Shown here one piece after another: positions 63,950 to 64,000 of a DNA stretch of 64,000 nucleotides. Position numbers and translations under genes: made by a program. Under the pieces are notes generated by a model that worked only from the letters and a program-made list of their open reading frames with translations, was not told where the DNA came from and ran no database searches. Origin of the DNA: a virus; IMG/VR virus record IMGVR_UViG_3300021961_000019; one strand, 5' to 3'. How positions within the stretch are numbered: position 1 is the first letter of the stretch; each line of letters begins with the position of its first letter.

Positions 63950-64000
63950 GGAGATACTTAACTCTGTGGCAATTGTTCTAATGTCTTTAAAGAATAATTC

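Noticed and set aside
1-64000. tRNA/rRNA genes, group I introns, inteins, integrase, or reverse transcriptase (DGR/retron)
   Set aside because: No T-loop/cloverleaf, splice or intein-terminal motifs, or RT/integrase motifs were seen by eye; structural ORFs are uninterrupted. tRNAscan-SE and cmscan were not run.

Overview
This window is part of a T4-like cyanomyovirus genome (Kyanoviridae-type), almost entirely encoded on the minus strand. Coordinates 1-44 kb hold the late structural module. In transcription order it reads g25, g6, g7 (4367 aa), g8, a DUF4815-type virion protein, g13, g14, g15 and g16, then a ~14 kb variable island, then the 5' end of the large terminase g17, which runs off the window edge and is missing from the ORF track. 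The island carries tail fibres, two glycosyltransferases, a double Kelch propeller, a sulfotransferase and two 2OG-Fe(II) oxygenases. Coordinates 45-64 kb are the early/accessory region: dozens of small ORFs (many under 60 aa and read by hand), HNH and GIY-YIG homing endonucleases, PTOX, a CpcV/CpcS-type bilin lyase, a metallophosphoesterase, and an adjacent methyltransferase plus putative PD-(D/Q)xK nuclease. The strongest unexplained signals are non-coding. (1) About 11 copies of a promoter cassette, GCA-N4-TGCTGAAA-N25-TATGAT, with CCCTCC in place of TTGACA and a GC-rich hairpin spacer. (2) A second promoter class with a TGNCA-N10-TGNCA dyad. (3) A block of 16 co-oriented ATCTAG repeats flanking a sigma70 promoter, a candidate origin or protein-loading site that also contains the cassette dyad. 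All annotations come from motif recognition by eye; no database searches were run.
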